Of a stretch of DNA of 60,670 bases, positions 35,804 to 47,365 are shown piece after piece (the first letter of the stretch is position 1; each line of letters begins with the position of its first letter). Under the pieces are notes generated by a model. It saw only the letters and a program-made list of their open reading frames with translations. It ran no database searches and was not told the DNA's origin. The stretch comes from an uncultured bacterium (GTDB lineage: Bacteria; Actinomycetota; Acidimicrobiia; Spongiisociales; ZC4RG35). The DNA lies in the NCBI GenBank assembly GCA_965364515.1, contig CBDTXZ010000001.1, forward strand, positions 1-60,670, written 5' to 3'. A program made the translations under genes and the position numbers.

Positions 35804-36354
35804 TGGGACCCATTTTTCAACGTGCGCTCAGAGCTGCCCGATTCGACAAGAGCGTTTTCGACGATGTCCGCTGGGACGGCAATGCGACGGCCGATGCCGT
35901 TGTGCTGGTGGCCGTCGTCTCGCTCACGGTCTTTGCAGGCCGGTTCATCGGCCAGGGGTTCGGGGCCGCGAGCTTCCTGACCGCCGCACTGAACGTCGTC
36001 ATCTCCAATGTCGCCGGCTGGCTCTTCCTGGCGGTCGCAACCTGGTTCGCCGCCTCTCGGATCTTCAAGCCGGAAGGGGACTACTGGCGGCGCTTCGAAC
36101 AGACCCAGGCGATCATGCGCGTCCACGGCATCGCGTACCTCCCGATGATCCTCGGCGCAGCACTCGAGTTCTCGGCGATCGCAGCTGCAGTCGGCTCGCT
36201 CTGGTACTTCGCCGCCGCCGGCGTCGGGACCGCTCAGGCGATGGACATGAAACTTCGAGATGGCATCATCGGCGTGATTCTGGGTGCCGCGATCCTCTTC
36301 ATCATCCAGACGATCCTGCGGTTCCCGTTCGCATTCTTCTCAGCCCTGGGCTGA
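35803..36354 (+). CDS. Yip1-family integral membrane protein
   Basis: ATG 35803 overlaps the NUDIX stop. Five TM segments. The N-terminal FQRALRAARFDKSVFDDV segment is typical of Yip1/DUF1282-like proteins. Confidence 0.75.
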   Translation: MGPIFQRALRAARFDKSVFDDVRWDGNATADAVVLVAVVSLTVFAGRFIGQGFGAASFLTAALNVVISNVAGWLFLAVATWFAASRIFKPEGDYWRRFEQTQAIMRVHGIAYLPMILGAALEFSAIAAAVGSLWYFAAAGVGTAQAMDMKLRDGIIGVILGAAILFIIQTILRFPFAFFSALG

Positions 36355-37088
36355 TGCCGACCTATCGGGTCGATCTCTCCTACGACGGCACCTACTTCCA
36401 CGGCTACGCCAAGAACCGTGACGTCCGCACGGTGCAGGGCGAGGTCGAGCGGGCGCTCACGACGGTCTTCGGACATGCGATCGAAAGCGTCTGCGCCGGT
36501 CGAACCGACGCCGGAGTCCACGCTCGTCAGCAGGTGATCAGCTTCGCCTCCGAATCCTCGGTCGACACGAGGAGAATCCAGCGATCGATCACTGCGATGC
36601 TCGGTCCCGAGATCGTGGCAACCGACGCGATGATCGTTCCCGATGACTTCAGTGCCCGGTTCTCGGCGACGATGAGGGCCTATCGCTATCGGGTCCTCAC
36701 GTCTGAGACTCCCGATCCGCTCCGCCGGTATGTGACCTGGCACCATCCATACGACCTCGATCTCGATGCGATGAATCTGGCTGCCGAACATCTCGTGGGC
36801 GAACACGACTTTGCGTCCTTCTGTCGCAGGGCGCCGAACCGCACGTCGGTTCGGACTGTCTTGAGTGCTCGGTGGTCCCGAGTCGACGACGAATGCCACC
36901 TGGCAGTTTCTGCCAGGGCGTTCTGTCAGCAGATGGTGCGCTCGATCACCGGGCTGTGCGTCGAGGTCGGCAAGGGGCGAGTCGCCGCGGACGCAGTCCC
37001 AGGGATACTTCAGGCCAGGGACCGCAACGCTTGTCCGCAGATCGCTCCGCCGCTCGGACTCGTGCTGTGGCAGGTCACGTTCCACTGA
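36354..37088 (+). CDS. truA: tRNA pseudouridine(38-40) synthase
   Basis: ATG 36354 overlaps the upstream stop. YDGTYFHGY and GRTDAGVHA (catalytic Asp) motifs. Confidence 0.95.
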   Translation: MPTYRVDLSYDGTYFHGYAKNRDVRTVQGEVERALTTVFGHAIESVCAGRTDAGVHARQQVISFASESSVDTRRIQRSITAMLGPEIVATDAMIVPDDFSARFSATMRAYRYRVLTSETPDPLRRYVTWHHPYDLDLDAMNLAAEHLVGEHDFASFCRRAPNRTSVRTVLSARWSRVDDECHLAVSARAFCQQMVRSITGLCVEVGKGRVAADAVPGILQARDRNACPQIAPPLGLVLWQVTFH

Positions 37089-37097
37089 CCAACCGGC

Positions 37098-37991
37098 TCA
37101 GTCGTCGGTCGAGTCGTCGTCCTCGGGCTCATCGTCGGCATCGTCGCCGAGGTCGTCTGTGTCCGCTTCGTCGTGGGAGTCGGATCCACCGGGATTCGTC
37201 ACGACGTCTCTCGAGGTGTCGTCGAGCAGTGCGTCGTCGGACTCCGAGTCATCGCCGATCGAGCCGAAGTCGTCGATGACCGTCGAGCGGAGTTCGCCAT
37301 TGTCGAGCAACTCGAGTTCGACTTCGTGGCGGGCGCTGCGCACGGTGACCTCGTCGCCGTCGATCTCGACGACCGCCCATCCCGTGGGTGTCTCGACCTC
37401 GGTGATTCGACCATCTTCCACGGAAACGACCGCTGTCGATCCGTCGGGAAGCGTCACATCGATCGTCGTTGGTGGGCGAGGAGTGTCGTCGATGGATCGG
37501 TCGTCGTCGGCGAACGGATCGTCTTCTCCGACCGCTTCGGCAACGAAGCGAGGGGATGCCTCGAGTCGCTGCCAGAGCGAATGGTCCTCATCCAGCTCCG
37601 TCAACGCGCTCACGGCGAGCTCATAGAGATCCGAGGTCGCTTCTCCCCGGCTTTCCAGGGCCTCGAGTTCTTCGATCCGGTGGCGAGCGATCACGTCGGA
37701 GTCGAACAGCACGAGCACCCGCTCGGAGACCTGCTTCACGCCATAGAGGGCGTCGCCCGGCACCGAGTCCTCTGATGCTGCGGCCAGGCCGGCCGGGGCG
37801 ATCACGGCGGCGGCGACGATCGAGGCGACGAAGCGCCGGCGACGGTTCATGGCAGTGGACGGCAGCGGGGTCACGTTGTCGCCGGACAGCGCGGCGGCGA
37901 TTGCCTCGAGATGGCGGGCCTGAGCGTGTTCGGACATCTCGATGGTCTCGGATGCCGCACGCAGGCGTTGTGTCAGTAGCTCGTCGTTCAT
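37098..37991 (-). CDS. Membrane-anchored anti-sigma-factor-like protein (RsdA/DUF5667-like) with a poly-acidic C-terminal tail
   Basis: Translationally coupled (ATGA) to the ECF sigma gene. One TM segment (FVASIVAAAVIAPAGLAAA). PGDALYGVKQVSERV motif. C-terminus rich in D/E/S. Confidence 0.8.
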   Translation of the reverse strand: MNDELLTQRLRAASETIEMSEHAQARHLEAIAAALSGDNVTPLPSTAMNRRRRFVASIVAAAVIAPAGLAAASEDSVPGDALYGVKQVSERVLVLFDSDVIARHRIEELEALESRGEATSDLYELAVSALTELDEDHSLWQRLEASPRFVAEAVGEDDPFADDDRSIDDTPRPPTTIDVTLPDGSTAVVSVEDGRITEVETPTGWAVVEIDGDEVTVRSARHEVELELLDNGELRSTVIDDFGSIGDDSESDDALLDDTSRDVVTNPGGSDSHDEADTDDLGDDADDEPEDDDSTDD

Positions 37992-38497
37992 CTTGCCCTC
38001 TTGGATGAAGACGCCGGGTCGAAGCTGGATTCGACGGGGGTCAACAGTTTTCTCAGTCTGGCTTCGGCTCGGGCGGCCATTGCGTACACCGCGGTTCGGT
38101 TCGAGTCCACGATCTCGGCGATCTCGGCACCGTCGTATCCCTCCACGTGTTTGAGGTGGAGCACCTCTTGCTGCTCGGGGGTGAGAGTCGAGAGGGCGGC
38201 TTCCAGCTCAGGATCGATCAGCCGGAGGTCGTCGTCGTGTCCGGCTTCGGGCAGTTGGTCGCTGGGTATCTCCGGTCTTCGAGAACGACGCCTGATCTCG
38301 TCGAGGCAGGTGAACCGAACGCTCTTGAAGAGCCACGCTTCGAGTGACCGGTCGGCGTCCAGCCGGGGTGCGGCGCGCACGAGCTCGAGAAACGAGTGCT
38401 GTACGGCGTCCTCGGCAGCCCCGCGATCGTGCAGCATCCGATGGGCGAACCGGAAGAGGCGTTCAGCCATCAGCTCATAGAGCTCGGTGAACGCCAT
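37988..38497 (-). CDS. ECF-family RNA polymerase sigma-70 factor
   Basis: Region 2 (AEDAVQHSFLELV, EAWLFKSVRFTCLDEIRRR) and region 4 (LTPEQQEVLHLKHVEGYDGAEIAEIVDSNRTAVYAMAARA). Confidence 0.92.
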   Translation of the reverse strand: MAFTELYELMAERLFRFAHRMLHDRGAAEDAVQHSFLELVRAAPRLDADRSLEAWLFKSVRFTCLDEIRRRSRRPEIPSDQLPEAGHDDDLRLIDPELEAALSTLTPEQQEVLHLKHVEGYDGAEIAEIVDSNRTAVYAMAARAEARLRKLLTPVESSFDPASSSKRAR

Positions 38498-38579
38498 GGG
38501 CTCGCCCGAGCCGATTCTCGTAGCGAGATCCTGGTCGCTGGTTCGTGATGCGATTGGGAAAGGCTCCCGGGTCGTGGCG

Positions 38580-38608
38580 TCTGGGGTGCGGACTCACCGC
38601 ACCCCAGA
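38580..38608 (-). terminator. Strong hairpin downstream of the secreted acidic protein gene (terminator candidate, no U-tract)
   Basis: 12-bp stem TCTGGGGTGCGG / CCGCACCCCAGA with a 5-nt loop, 14 nt past the stop on the minus strand. Confidence 0.55.
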
Positions 38609-38621
38609 CAGTCTCCCACGT

Positions 38622-39452
38622 TCAGTCGGATGAGTCGTCGTCGTCCGAATCGTCGTCGTTCGAACGTTGGGCGGGGGCCTCGTCGTCCGAGTCATCGTCC
38701 GAGTCGTCGTCCTCGTCATCGGATGAGTCGTCGTCGTCGGCCACATCAACAGGATCCGGTGTGGTGTCCACGGTCGACTCTGTCACGTCGGCGGATGAGT
38801 CGTCGTCGTCCGACTCCTCGTCGTCGGATCGCGAGTCGTCGAGAACCGTGTCCTCGGTCGACTCGGCGGACGAGTCGTCGTCGTCAGAGTCGGAGTCATC
38901 ACTCGAGGAGTCGTCACTGGAGGAGTCATCGTCCTGCCGCTCGATCTCGACGGATCCGTCTTCGAGGTCTATCTCGATCTCGAAGGTGCGTTGTCCGTCC
39001 GAGATGCGAATCTCGAGCTCGTCGCCTTCCGAATCCTCGTCTTCGACTTTGAAGTCGCCTGGCAGTTCGATGATCTCGCCGTCGAGCGAGACCACGACCA
39101 GCCCGACATTGGGCAGGGTGGCGATCACGGTGTCGGAGCCGGCGAACGCCGATCCGTGAACCTCGATCTTGCCGTCATCGCCCGTCTGGATCTCGACGGT
39201 CACGGAGTTGTCGGTGTTGGAGATCTTCGTCGTGCCCTCGGAGGTCTCGTCCTCCGTGAAGCCCGTTGGCAGCTCGCCCACCTCGACGGTGTCCCCGTCG
39301 TTGGAGATCGTGAAGGTGATGGCGGTCTCGCCGTCGGGGAGGACGACCGAGTACGCACCGTCCTCGAGTGGCTCGCTGGCCGATGCGGTTGCTGTGAGGA
39401 ACAGGGCAGTCACCACCGCGAGGGCGGTTGCGATCCCGAATCGTGACTTCAT
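38622..39452 (-). CDS. Secreted hypothetical protein with beta-rich repeats and a poly-Asp/Ser tail of about 110 aa
   Basis: Signal peptide MKSRFGIATALAVVTALFLTATASASEP. Modules resemble the anti-sigma ectodomain. The C-terminus is almost only D/S/E. Confidence 0.85.
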   Translation of the reverse strand: MKSRFGIATALAVVTALFLTATASASEPLEDGAYSVVLPDGETAITFTISNDGDTVEVGELPTGFTEDETSEGTTKISNTDNSVTVEIQTGDDGKIEVHGSAFAGSDTVIATLPNVGLVVVSLDGEIIELPGDFKVEDEDSEGDELEIRISDGQRTFEIEIDLEDGSVEIERQDDDSSSDDSSSDDSDSDDDDSSAESTEDTVLDDSRSDDEESDDDDSSADVTESTVDTTPDPVDVADDDDSSDDEDDDSDDDSDDEAPAQRSNDDDSDDDDSSD

Positions 39453-39601
39453 GGGTACTCCTTGAGGTTGTGTCGGTGTTCAAGACGCCGCATGGGGTGT
39501 GTATTCGACGGGTGTCATGGAAAACTTGAGGCGGCCTCGATCGGTCTACGCCGTGAACCGAGCCTGATGGTCATTCGTCCCGCGTTGCTTCGGGGATCGA
39601 A

Positions 39602-39631
39602 TTGGCGCCGTGGCTCGGCTTGGCGTACCAT
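39602..39631 (+). promoter_or_regulatory. Candidate promoter for rplM-rpsI (TTGGCG-18 nt-TACCAT)
   Basis: Hexamers read directly. An 85-nt leader with small hairpins (GCTCCC/GGGAGC, GCGGC/GCCGC) follows. Confidence 0.3.
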
Positions 39632-39715
39632 GACGGGCGCTCCCGACCGGGAGCTTTCCCACGCCACCCCGGTCACCAGCCAACGAAGTGCGGCACTGCG
39701 CCGCTGAGGACTTTC

Positions 39716-40177
39716 ATGACCAACAACAAGACGTATTCGCCGAAGCCGTCAGACGTCACCGCTGCCTGGTGGGTCGTCGACGCTTCCGACCTGCCGCTCG
39801 GTCGGCTCGCCTCGGAGATCGCACAGATCATCCGCGGCAAGCACAAGCCGACCTTCGCCCCGAACACGAACGGCGGTGACTTCGTCATCGTCGTGAACGC
39901 CGACAAGGTCGCCGTGTCGTCTGGCAAGAGCGCAGAGAAGATCTACTACCGCCACTCGGGCTTCCCCGGAGGAATCAAAGAAGAGACCTTCGAGGCGCTT
40001 CTGAAGCGCCGGCCGGAAGCCATCATCGAGCGGGCCGTCAAGGGCATGCTGCCGAAGAACCGTCTCGGGCGCGCCATGGGCAAGAAGCTCAAGGTGTACG
40101 CCGGTCCGGATCATCCTCACGCCGCCCAGCAGCCTCAGCCGCTCGAGTTCGACATCCGAAAGGTTGATGCCTCATGA
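39716..40177 (+). CDS. rplM: 50S ribosomal protein L13
   Basis: ATG 39716 ([44 protein letters not shown]). Confidence 0.97.
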   Translation: MTNNKTYSPKPSDVTAAWWVVDASDLPLGRLASEIAQIIRGKHKPTFAPNTNGGDFVIVVNADKVAVSSGKSAEKIYYRHSGFPGGIKEETFEALLKRRPEAIIERAVKGMLPKNRLGRAMGKKLKVYAGPDHPHAAQQPQPLEFDIRKVDAS

Positions 40178-40566
40178 CCAAGCCACTGGTTCAGACCGTC
40201 GGCCGCCGCAAGTCGTCCGTTGCGCGCGTGCGCTTCCACGACGGCAGCGGCGAGATGACCCTCAACGGGAAGAAGCTCGAGGCCTACTTCCCGACGATGG
40301 CCGCACGCATGCGGGTGATGGAGCCCCTGCAGATCACCGAGAGCAGCGGTCGGTACAACATCTCCGCCACCCTCGAAGGCGGCGGCACCACGGGACAGGC
40401 CGATGCACTCCGGCTCGGCATCGCTCGTGCTCTCATCGAGCTCGATCCCGAGCTCCGACCGGCGCTCAAGAAGGCCGGAATGCTCACGCGTGACGCCCGC
40501 AGGGTGGAGCGCAAGAAGTACGGTCTCCGCAAGGCCCGGCGGGCACCGCAGTACACCAAGCGCTGA
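40174..40566 (+). CDS. rpsI: 30S ribosomal protein S9
   Basis: ATGA overlap with rpl[20 protein letters not shown]...[25 protein letters not shown] motif. Confidence 0.98.
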   Translation: MTKPLVQTVGRRKSSVARVRFHDGSGEMTLNGKKLEAYFPTMAARMRVMEPLQITESSGRYNISATLEGGGTTGQADALRLGIARALIELDPELRPALKKAGMLTRDARRVERKKYGLRKARRAPQYTKR

Positions 40567-40571
40567 TCCGA

Positions 40572-41918
40572 TTGGCCGAACACCCCCTGCTCGCGCGGCC
40601 GGGACGACTCTTCGGCACCGACGGGGTGCGGGGTGTCGCCAATCTCGAATTGGACCCGCAGTTCGCCCTCGACATGGGGCGGGCTGCGGGTTTGACGCTT
40701 CGCGAGGGGCCCGTGCTGATCGGTCGGGACACCCGTCGCTCCGGCGAGATGCTCTCCGCCGCCATTCAGGCCGGTTTTCATTCCGCAGGGATCGACACGA
40801 TCGACGTCGGCACGCTCCCCTCCGGTGGGATCAGCCATCTGACGGCTGAGACGTCGGCCGAGATGGGGGTCGTGATCAGTGCCTCACACAACCCGGCTCC
40901 CGACAACGGCATCAAGCTTCTCAGCAAGTTCGGCACGAAGCTGACCGACAGCCAAGAGGACAAGATCGAAGCCCGCATGCGCAAGCCGCAGGCTCGGCGT
41001 GTGCCGTATGGGCCCATGGTCGGCACGCGGTTCGTCAAGGCCGACGCTCTCGACGTCTACGTCGGAGCGCTCGCCGCCGGTGCCGACTACAGCTTCCAGG
41101 GAACCGAGCTGGTGATCGACTGTGCCAACGGCGCGTCGTTCCAGGCGGCGCCCATGCTGTTCGATCGTCTCAAGGCCACGGTCGAGATCCTCGGTGCGAC
41201 GCCGGATGGGATGAACATCAACGACGGCTGCGGTGCGACCCATCCCGGTTTCCTCGCCTCGATGGTGTCGGGACGTGTCGGGTTCGCCTTCGACGGAGAC
41301 GCCGACAGGTTGATTGCGGTGGACGAAGCCGGTGGGATCGTGGATGGCGATCGGATCATGGCGATCGTCGCATTGCACTGGAAGCGCGCAGACCGCCTGA
41401 AGAACAACCTGGTCGTTTCCACGATCATGTCGAACTTCGGGTTCAAACGGGCGATGCGGGAAGCCGGCATCGAGCTGATCGAGACGAAGGTCGGAGATCG
41501 CTACGTGGTGGAGGCGATGAACGCCAACAAGGCGATCCTCGGCGGTGAACAGTCGGGTCACATCATCTTCGCCGATCGTGGTCGGACCGGTGACGGTCTC
41601 CTGACGGCGGTCCGGCTCCTCGAAGTGATGGCGGGGACGGGCAAACCGCTCGTAGAGCTCGCCGCAGAGGCAATGGTCGCATACCCGCAGGTGCTCACCA
41701 ACGTCGCGGTTGCGAACAAGGCCGGCCTCGACGATGCAAAGCCTCTCTGGGATCACGTCAAGCAAGTCGAGGACGAGTTGCAGGGTGACGGTCGGGTGCT
41801 GATCCGCCCGTCCGGGACCGAGCCCCTGGTGAGGGTGATGGTCGAAGCGCCCAGCCAGGAGCGCGCCGATCTCTACGCAGCGGAGCTCGCAGCGACCGTG
41901 ACCCGGGTCCTGGCGTAG
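40572..41918 (+). CDS. glmM: Phosphoglucosamine mutase
   Basis: TTG start. LFGTDGVRGVAN, the active-site SASHNPAPDNGIK, and GEQSGHIIF. Confidence 0.95.
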   Translation: MAEHPLLARPGRLFGTDGVRGVANLELDPQFALDMGRAAGLTLREGPVLIGRDTRRSGEMLSAAIQAGFHSAGIDTIDVGTLPSGGISHLTAETSAEMGVVISASHNPAPDNGIKLLSKFGTKLTDSQEDKIEARMRKPQARRVPYGPMVGTRFVKADALDVYVGALAAGADYSFQGTELVIDCANGASFQAAPMLFDRLKATVEILGATPDGMNINDGCGATHPGFLASMVSGRVGFAFDGDADRLIAVDEAGGIVDGDRIMAIVALHWKRADRLKNNLVVSTIMSNFGFKRAMREAGIELIETKVGDRYVVEAMNANKAILGGEQSGHIIFADRGRTGDGLLTAVRLLEVMAGTGKPLVELAAEAMVAYPQVLTNVAVANKAGLDDAKPLWDHVKQVEDELQGDGRVLIRPSGTEPLVRVMVEAPSQERADLYAAELAATVTRVLA

Positions 41919-41957
41919 CTCACACTCCGATTCCATCAATTACGGACGGGTCACAAT

Positions 41958-41988
41958 TCTTGACAGAGTCCAGAATGCGCACCATGAT
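41958..41988 (+). promoter_or_regulatory. Candidate furA promoter (TTGACA-17 nt-CATGAT), possibly with an overlapping Fur-type operator; the transcript would be leaderless
   Basis: TTGACA at 41960-41965. The -10-like hexamer ends 5-8 nt before the GTG/ATG start (41994/41997). No SD is present. Confidence 0.35.
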
Positions 41989-41993
41989 CGGGT

Positions 41994-44721
<2,728 letters not shown>

Positions 44722-44787
44722 CGACCGACAGCACGTCTGCCGCCAGGACGGCAATCCATCCACGCTCGCGGGAGCATGAGGCGCCAC

Positions 44788-44822
44788 GGGGGACCCTCGA
44801 GAGGGGTCCCCCGTTTGGTTTT
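44788..44822 (+). terminator. Intrinsic terminator after katG
   Basis: 9-bp stem GGGGGACCC / GGGTCCCCC with loop TCGAGA, followed by GTTTGGTTTT. Confidence 0.8.
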
Positions 44823-44887
44823 GGAGCGCAGCTCCGGCGGCTCGGTGAAGCCGATGCCCGCCACGGTCGGCCCTACCATCCGCTGAG

Positions 44888-46258
44888 ATGCTTCCCGTAC
44901 TCACAACCGCCGAGTCCGGACGGCTCGATCGCGAGGCCGCCGACCGCATCGACGCACTCATGGAACATGCAGGGTGGGCGGTTGCGACTGCCGCAATCGA
45001 GCTGGGAGCCGGGTACGGCCGGCGGGTGTCGGTACTCACCGGCCCGGGAAACAACGGCGGCGACGGCTGGGTCGCAGCAGCTCGCCTGGCCGGCAGAGGA
45101 TGCCTCGTCACCGTGCATCCCCTGACCGAGCCGAAGACCGAAGTCGCGTTCCGCGCTCGGCACGAGGCGCTGGCTGCCGGGGTCGAGGTCTCTTCGCTCG
45201 ACGCTGCGGCATCGCCTGACGTGGTGATCGATGCCCTCTTCGGGAGTGGGATCCGCGGCGAACTACCGCGAGAAGTACAGCAGTGGATGGATCTCGACGT
45301 GCCCATCGTGGCCGCCCACGTGCCCTCAGGGCTCGACCCCGACACAGGGGAGGCCCCGGAGCGGACGTTCCGCGCCGACGTGACGGTGGCATTTCACGCA
45401 CTCTCTCCGGGCCACCTCCTCGGCAGCGGCCCCGACCTGTGCGGTCGAGTGACGGTTGCGGACATCGGGCTCGAGGGTGGGGACCCTCTGATGGAGGTCG
45501 TCACAGAGGCCGACGCACTTCTCCCGGCGAGGTCCCGAACCGCTCACAAGTGGTCGGCGGGCTCGGTTCTCGTCGTAGGTGGCTCCCGAGGGATGATCGG
45601 TGCCCCCGTCATGGCCGCGAAGGCCGCCCTCAGGTTCGGGGCATCGGCCGTCGGTCTCGCCGTGCCGGACGATCTGATGGAGACGGCCTCGATTCTCGCT
45701 CCCGAGATTCTCACATATTCGCAGCGTGACCTCCCGTCTCGCTTCGACGTTGTGGTTGCAGGACCTGGAATGGGCCAGGACGAGACCGTCTGGCGGCGAG
45801 TGGTGGACACGGCCGGAACCCTGGTGCTGGACGCCGATGCTCTCACGCCTCACACCGGGGCCGCGATCGCGAGCCGGAATGGACCGACGGTGCTCACCCC
45901 CCACGCAGGCGAGCTCGAGCGATTGACCGGCGGGCCGGCCTCGTGGGAGTCGGCGAGCGAGCTGGCCGAGCGGGCAGCCGCCGTCGTGGTCCTGAAAGGC
46001 AATCCGACGTTCGTCTGCGGCCGAGCCGTGCCGGCGGTGGTCACGAGCAACGGGCCTGAGCTCGCAACGATCGGCTCGGGCGATGTGCTCGTCGGCATGA
46101 TCGCATCAGCGATCGCTCGGGGCTCGTCCGACTTCGATGGGGCTGTTGCCGGCGCCTACTGGCACGGTGTCGCCGCCGCCGACCTCGCCGGGAGACGAAC
46201 CGTCACCGCCGATGTGCTCGTCGACCACGTCGCCCGCTACGCCCGGGTCACGACGTGA
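44888..46258 (+). CDS. nnr: Bifunctional NAD(P)H-hydrate repair enzyme (epimerase / ADP-dependent dehydratase)
   Basis: YjeF-N motif GPGNNGGDG. C-terminal kinase-like HKWSAGSVLVVGGSRGMIGAP...GSGDVLVG. Confidence 0.92.
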   Translation: MLPVLTTAESGRLDREAADRIDALMEHAGWAVATAAIELGAGYGRRVSVLTGPGNNGGDGWVAAARLAGRGCLVTVHPLTEPKTEVAFRARHEALAAGVEVSSLDAAASPDVVIDALFGSGIRGELPREVQQWMDLDVPIVAAHVPSGLDPDTGEAPERTFRADVTVAFHALSPGHLLGSGPDLCGRVTVADIGLEGGDPLMEVVTEADALLPARSRTAHKWSAGSVLVVGGSRGMIGAPVMAAKAALRFGASAVGLAVPDDLMETASILAPEILTYSQRDLPSRFDVVVAGPGMGQDETVWRRVVDTAGTLVLDADALTPHTGAAIASRNGPTVLTPHAGELERLTGGPASWESASELAERAAAVVVLKGNPTFVCGRAVPAVVTSNGPELATIGSGDVLVGMIASAIARGSSDFDGAVAGAYWHGVAAADLAGRRTVTADVLVDHVARYARVTT

Positions 46259-47346
46259 GACCGTCACAGGTCGAGATCGACCTGTCGGCGGTGGCGCACA
46301 ACGTCGAGGTGTTCCTCGAGAAGATCGCACCGGCCGGTCTCATCGCCGTCGTCAAGGCCAACGCATACGGCCACGGCGACGTGCCCGTCGCAGAAGCCGC
46401 GCTCGATGCCGGAGCATCGTGGCTCGCGGTCGCCATGGTGGAGGAGGCGGCGCGCCTTCGAGAGGCCGGGATCGAAGCGCCGATACTGCTGCTCTCCGAA
46501 CCGCCACTCGACGACGCAGCTGAGATCACCCGATGGGATCTCATCCCCAGCGTCTATCGCCCGGAGTTCGTCGACGCGCTCTCGGGTGCGGTCCCGCGAT
46601 CGACCCGAGTCCATCTCCTCGTGGACACCGGGATGCACCGCGTCGGCACATCCCCGGATCGGGCGGTTGCGCTCGCCGAGCAGATCTCCAGAGCGCCGCG
46701 TCTCGAGCTCGGAGGTGTGTGGTCGCACTTCGCCGTGGCGGAGGAGGACGAATCCTTCTCGCATCTTCAGTGGGACCGGCTCTCGTCGGTGGTTGCAGAG
46801 ATCTCCGCAGCCGGGATCGATCCTGGAATCGTGCACCTGCCCAACACGGCCGGTGCCCTCTACCTGCCACACGAGTCGGCGATGGCAAGAGTGGGCCTCG
46901 GGCTCTACGGCCTGCACCCGGATCCGGCCCGGGCCACCGCCGACCTCCGACCTGCCATGCGTGTCGTGTCGCGGGTGTCCTTCACTCAGAAGCTCGAGGC
47001 CGGGGCTCGGCCTTCGTATGGTCGGCGACGGCCGCTTCAGGAGGATTCGACCGTGGCCACGGTGCCGATCGGGTACGCCGACGGAGTCCCGAGGCTGCTG
47101 AGCCAGCGCGGCGGCTCGGTTCTCATCGGCGGGCGCCGGCGCCCGTTCGCCGGGACCGTGACGATGGACCAGATCGTCGTCGACTGCGGCAGCGACGACG
47201 TTGCCGTCGGCGACGAGGTGGTGTTGATCGGGCGACAGGGCAACGAGGAGATCACCGCAGACGAATGGGCCGAACGCACCGACACGATCAGCTGGGAGAT
47301 CGTGTGCGGAATCGGAGATCGGCTCCCCAGGCACCATCACCGCTGA
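46255..47346 (+). CDS. alr: Alanine racemase
   Basis: GTGA overlap with nnr. PLP-Lys motif AVVKANAYGHG and PIGYADG. Confidence 0.95.
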   Translation: MRPSQVEIDLSAVAHNVEVFLEKIAPAGLIAVVKANAYGHGDVPVAEAALDAGASWLAVAMVEEAARLREAGIEAPILLLSEPPLDDAAEITRWDLIPSVYRPEFVDALSGAVPRSTRVHLLVDTGMHRVGTSPDRAVALAEQISRAPRLELGGVWSHFAVAEEDESFSHLQWDRLSSVVAEISAAGIDPGIVHLPNTAGALYLPHESAMARVGLGLYGLHPDPARATADLRPAMRVVSRVSFTQKLEAGARPSYGRRRPLQEDSTVATVPIGYADGVPRLLSQRGGSVLIGGRRRPFAGTVTMDQIVVDCGSDDVAVGDEVVLIGRQGNEEITADEWAERTDTISWEIVCGIGDRLPRHHHR

Positions 47347-47365
47347 TCGCCGATACCCTCGACGG

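Noticed and set aside
38498-38580. ECF-type autoregulatory promoter (GGAAC-N16-CGT) upstream of the sigma gene
   Set aside because: Only a weak GAACC...CTAC match is seen on the minus strand, which is not convincing enough to annotate.
38545-39159. 204-aa Ser-rich plus-strand ORF
   Set aside because: It is the mirror image of the Asp/Ser-rich tail of the minus-strand secreted protein (GAC/GTC triplet runs read on the other strand). The minus-strand gene has a clear signal peptide.
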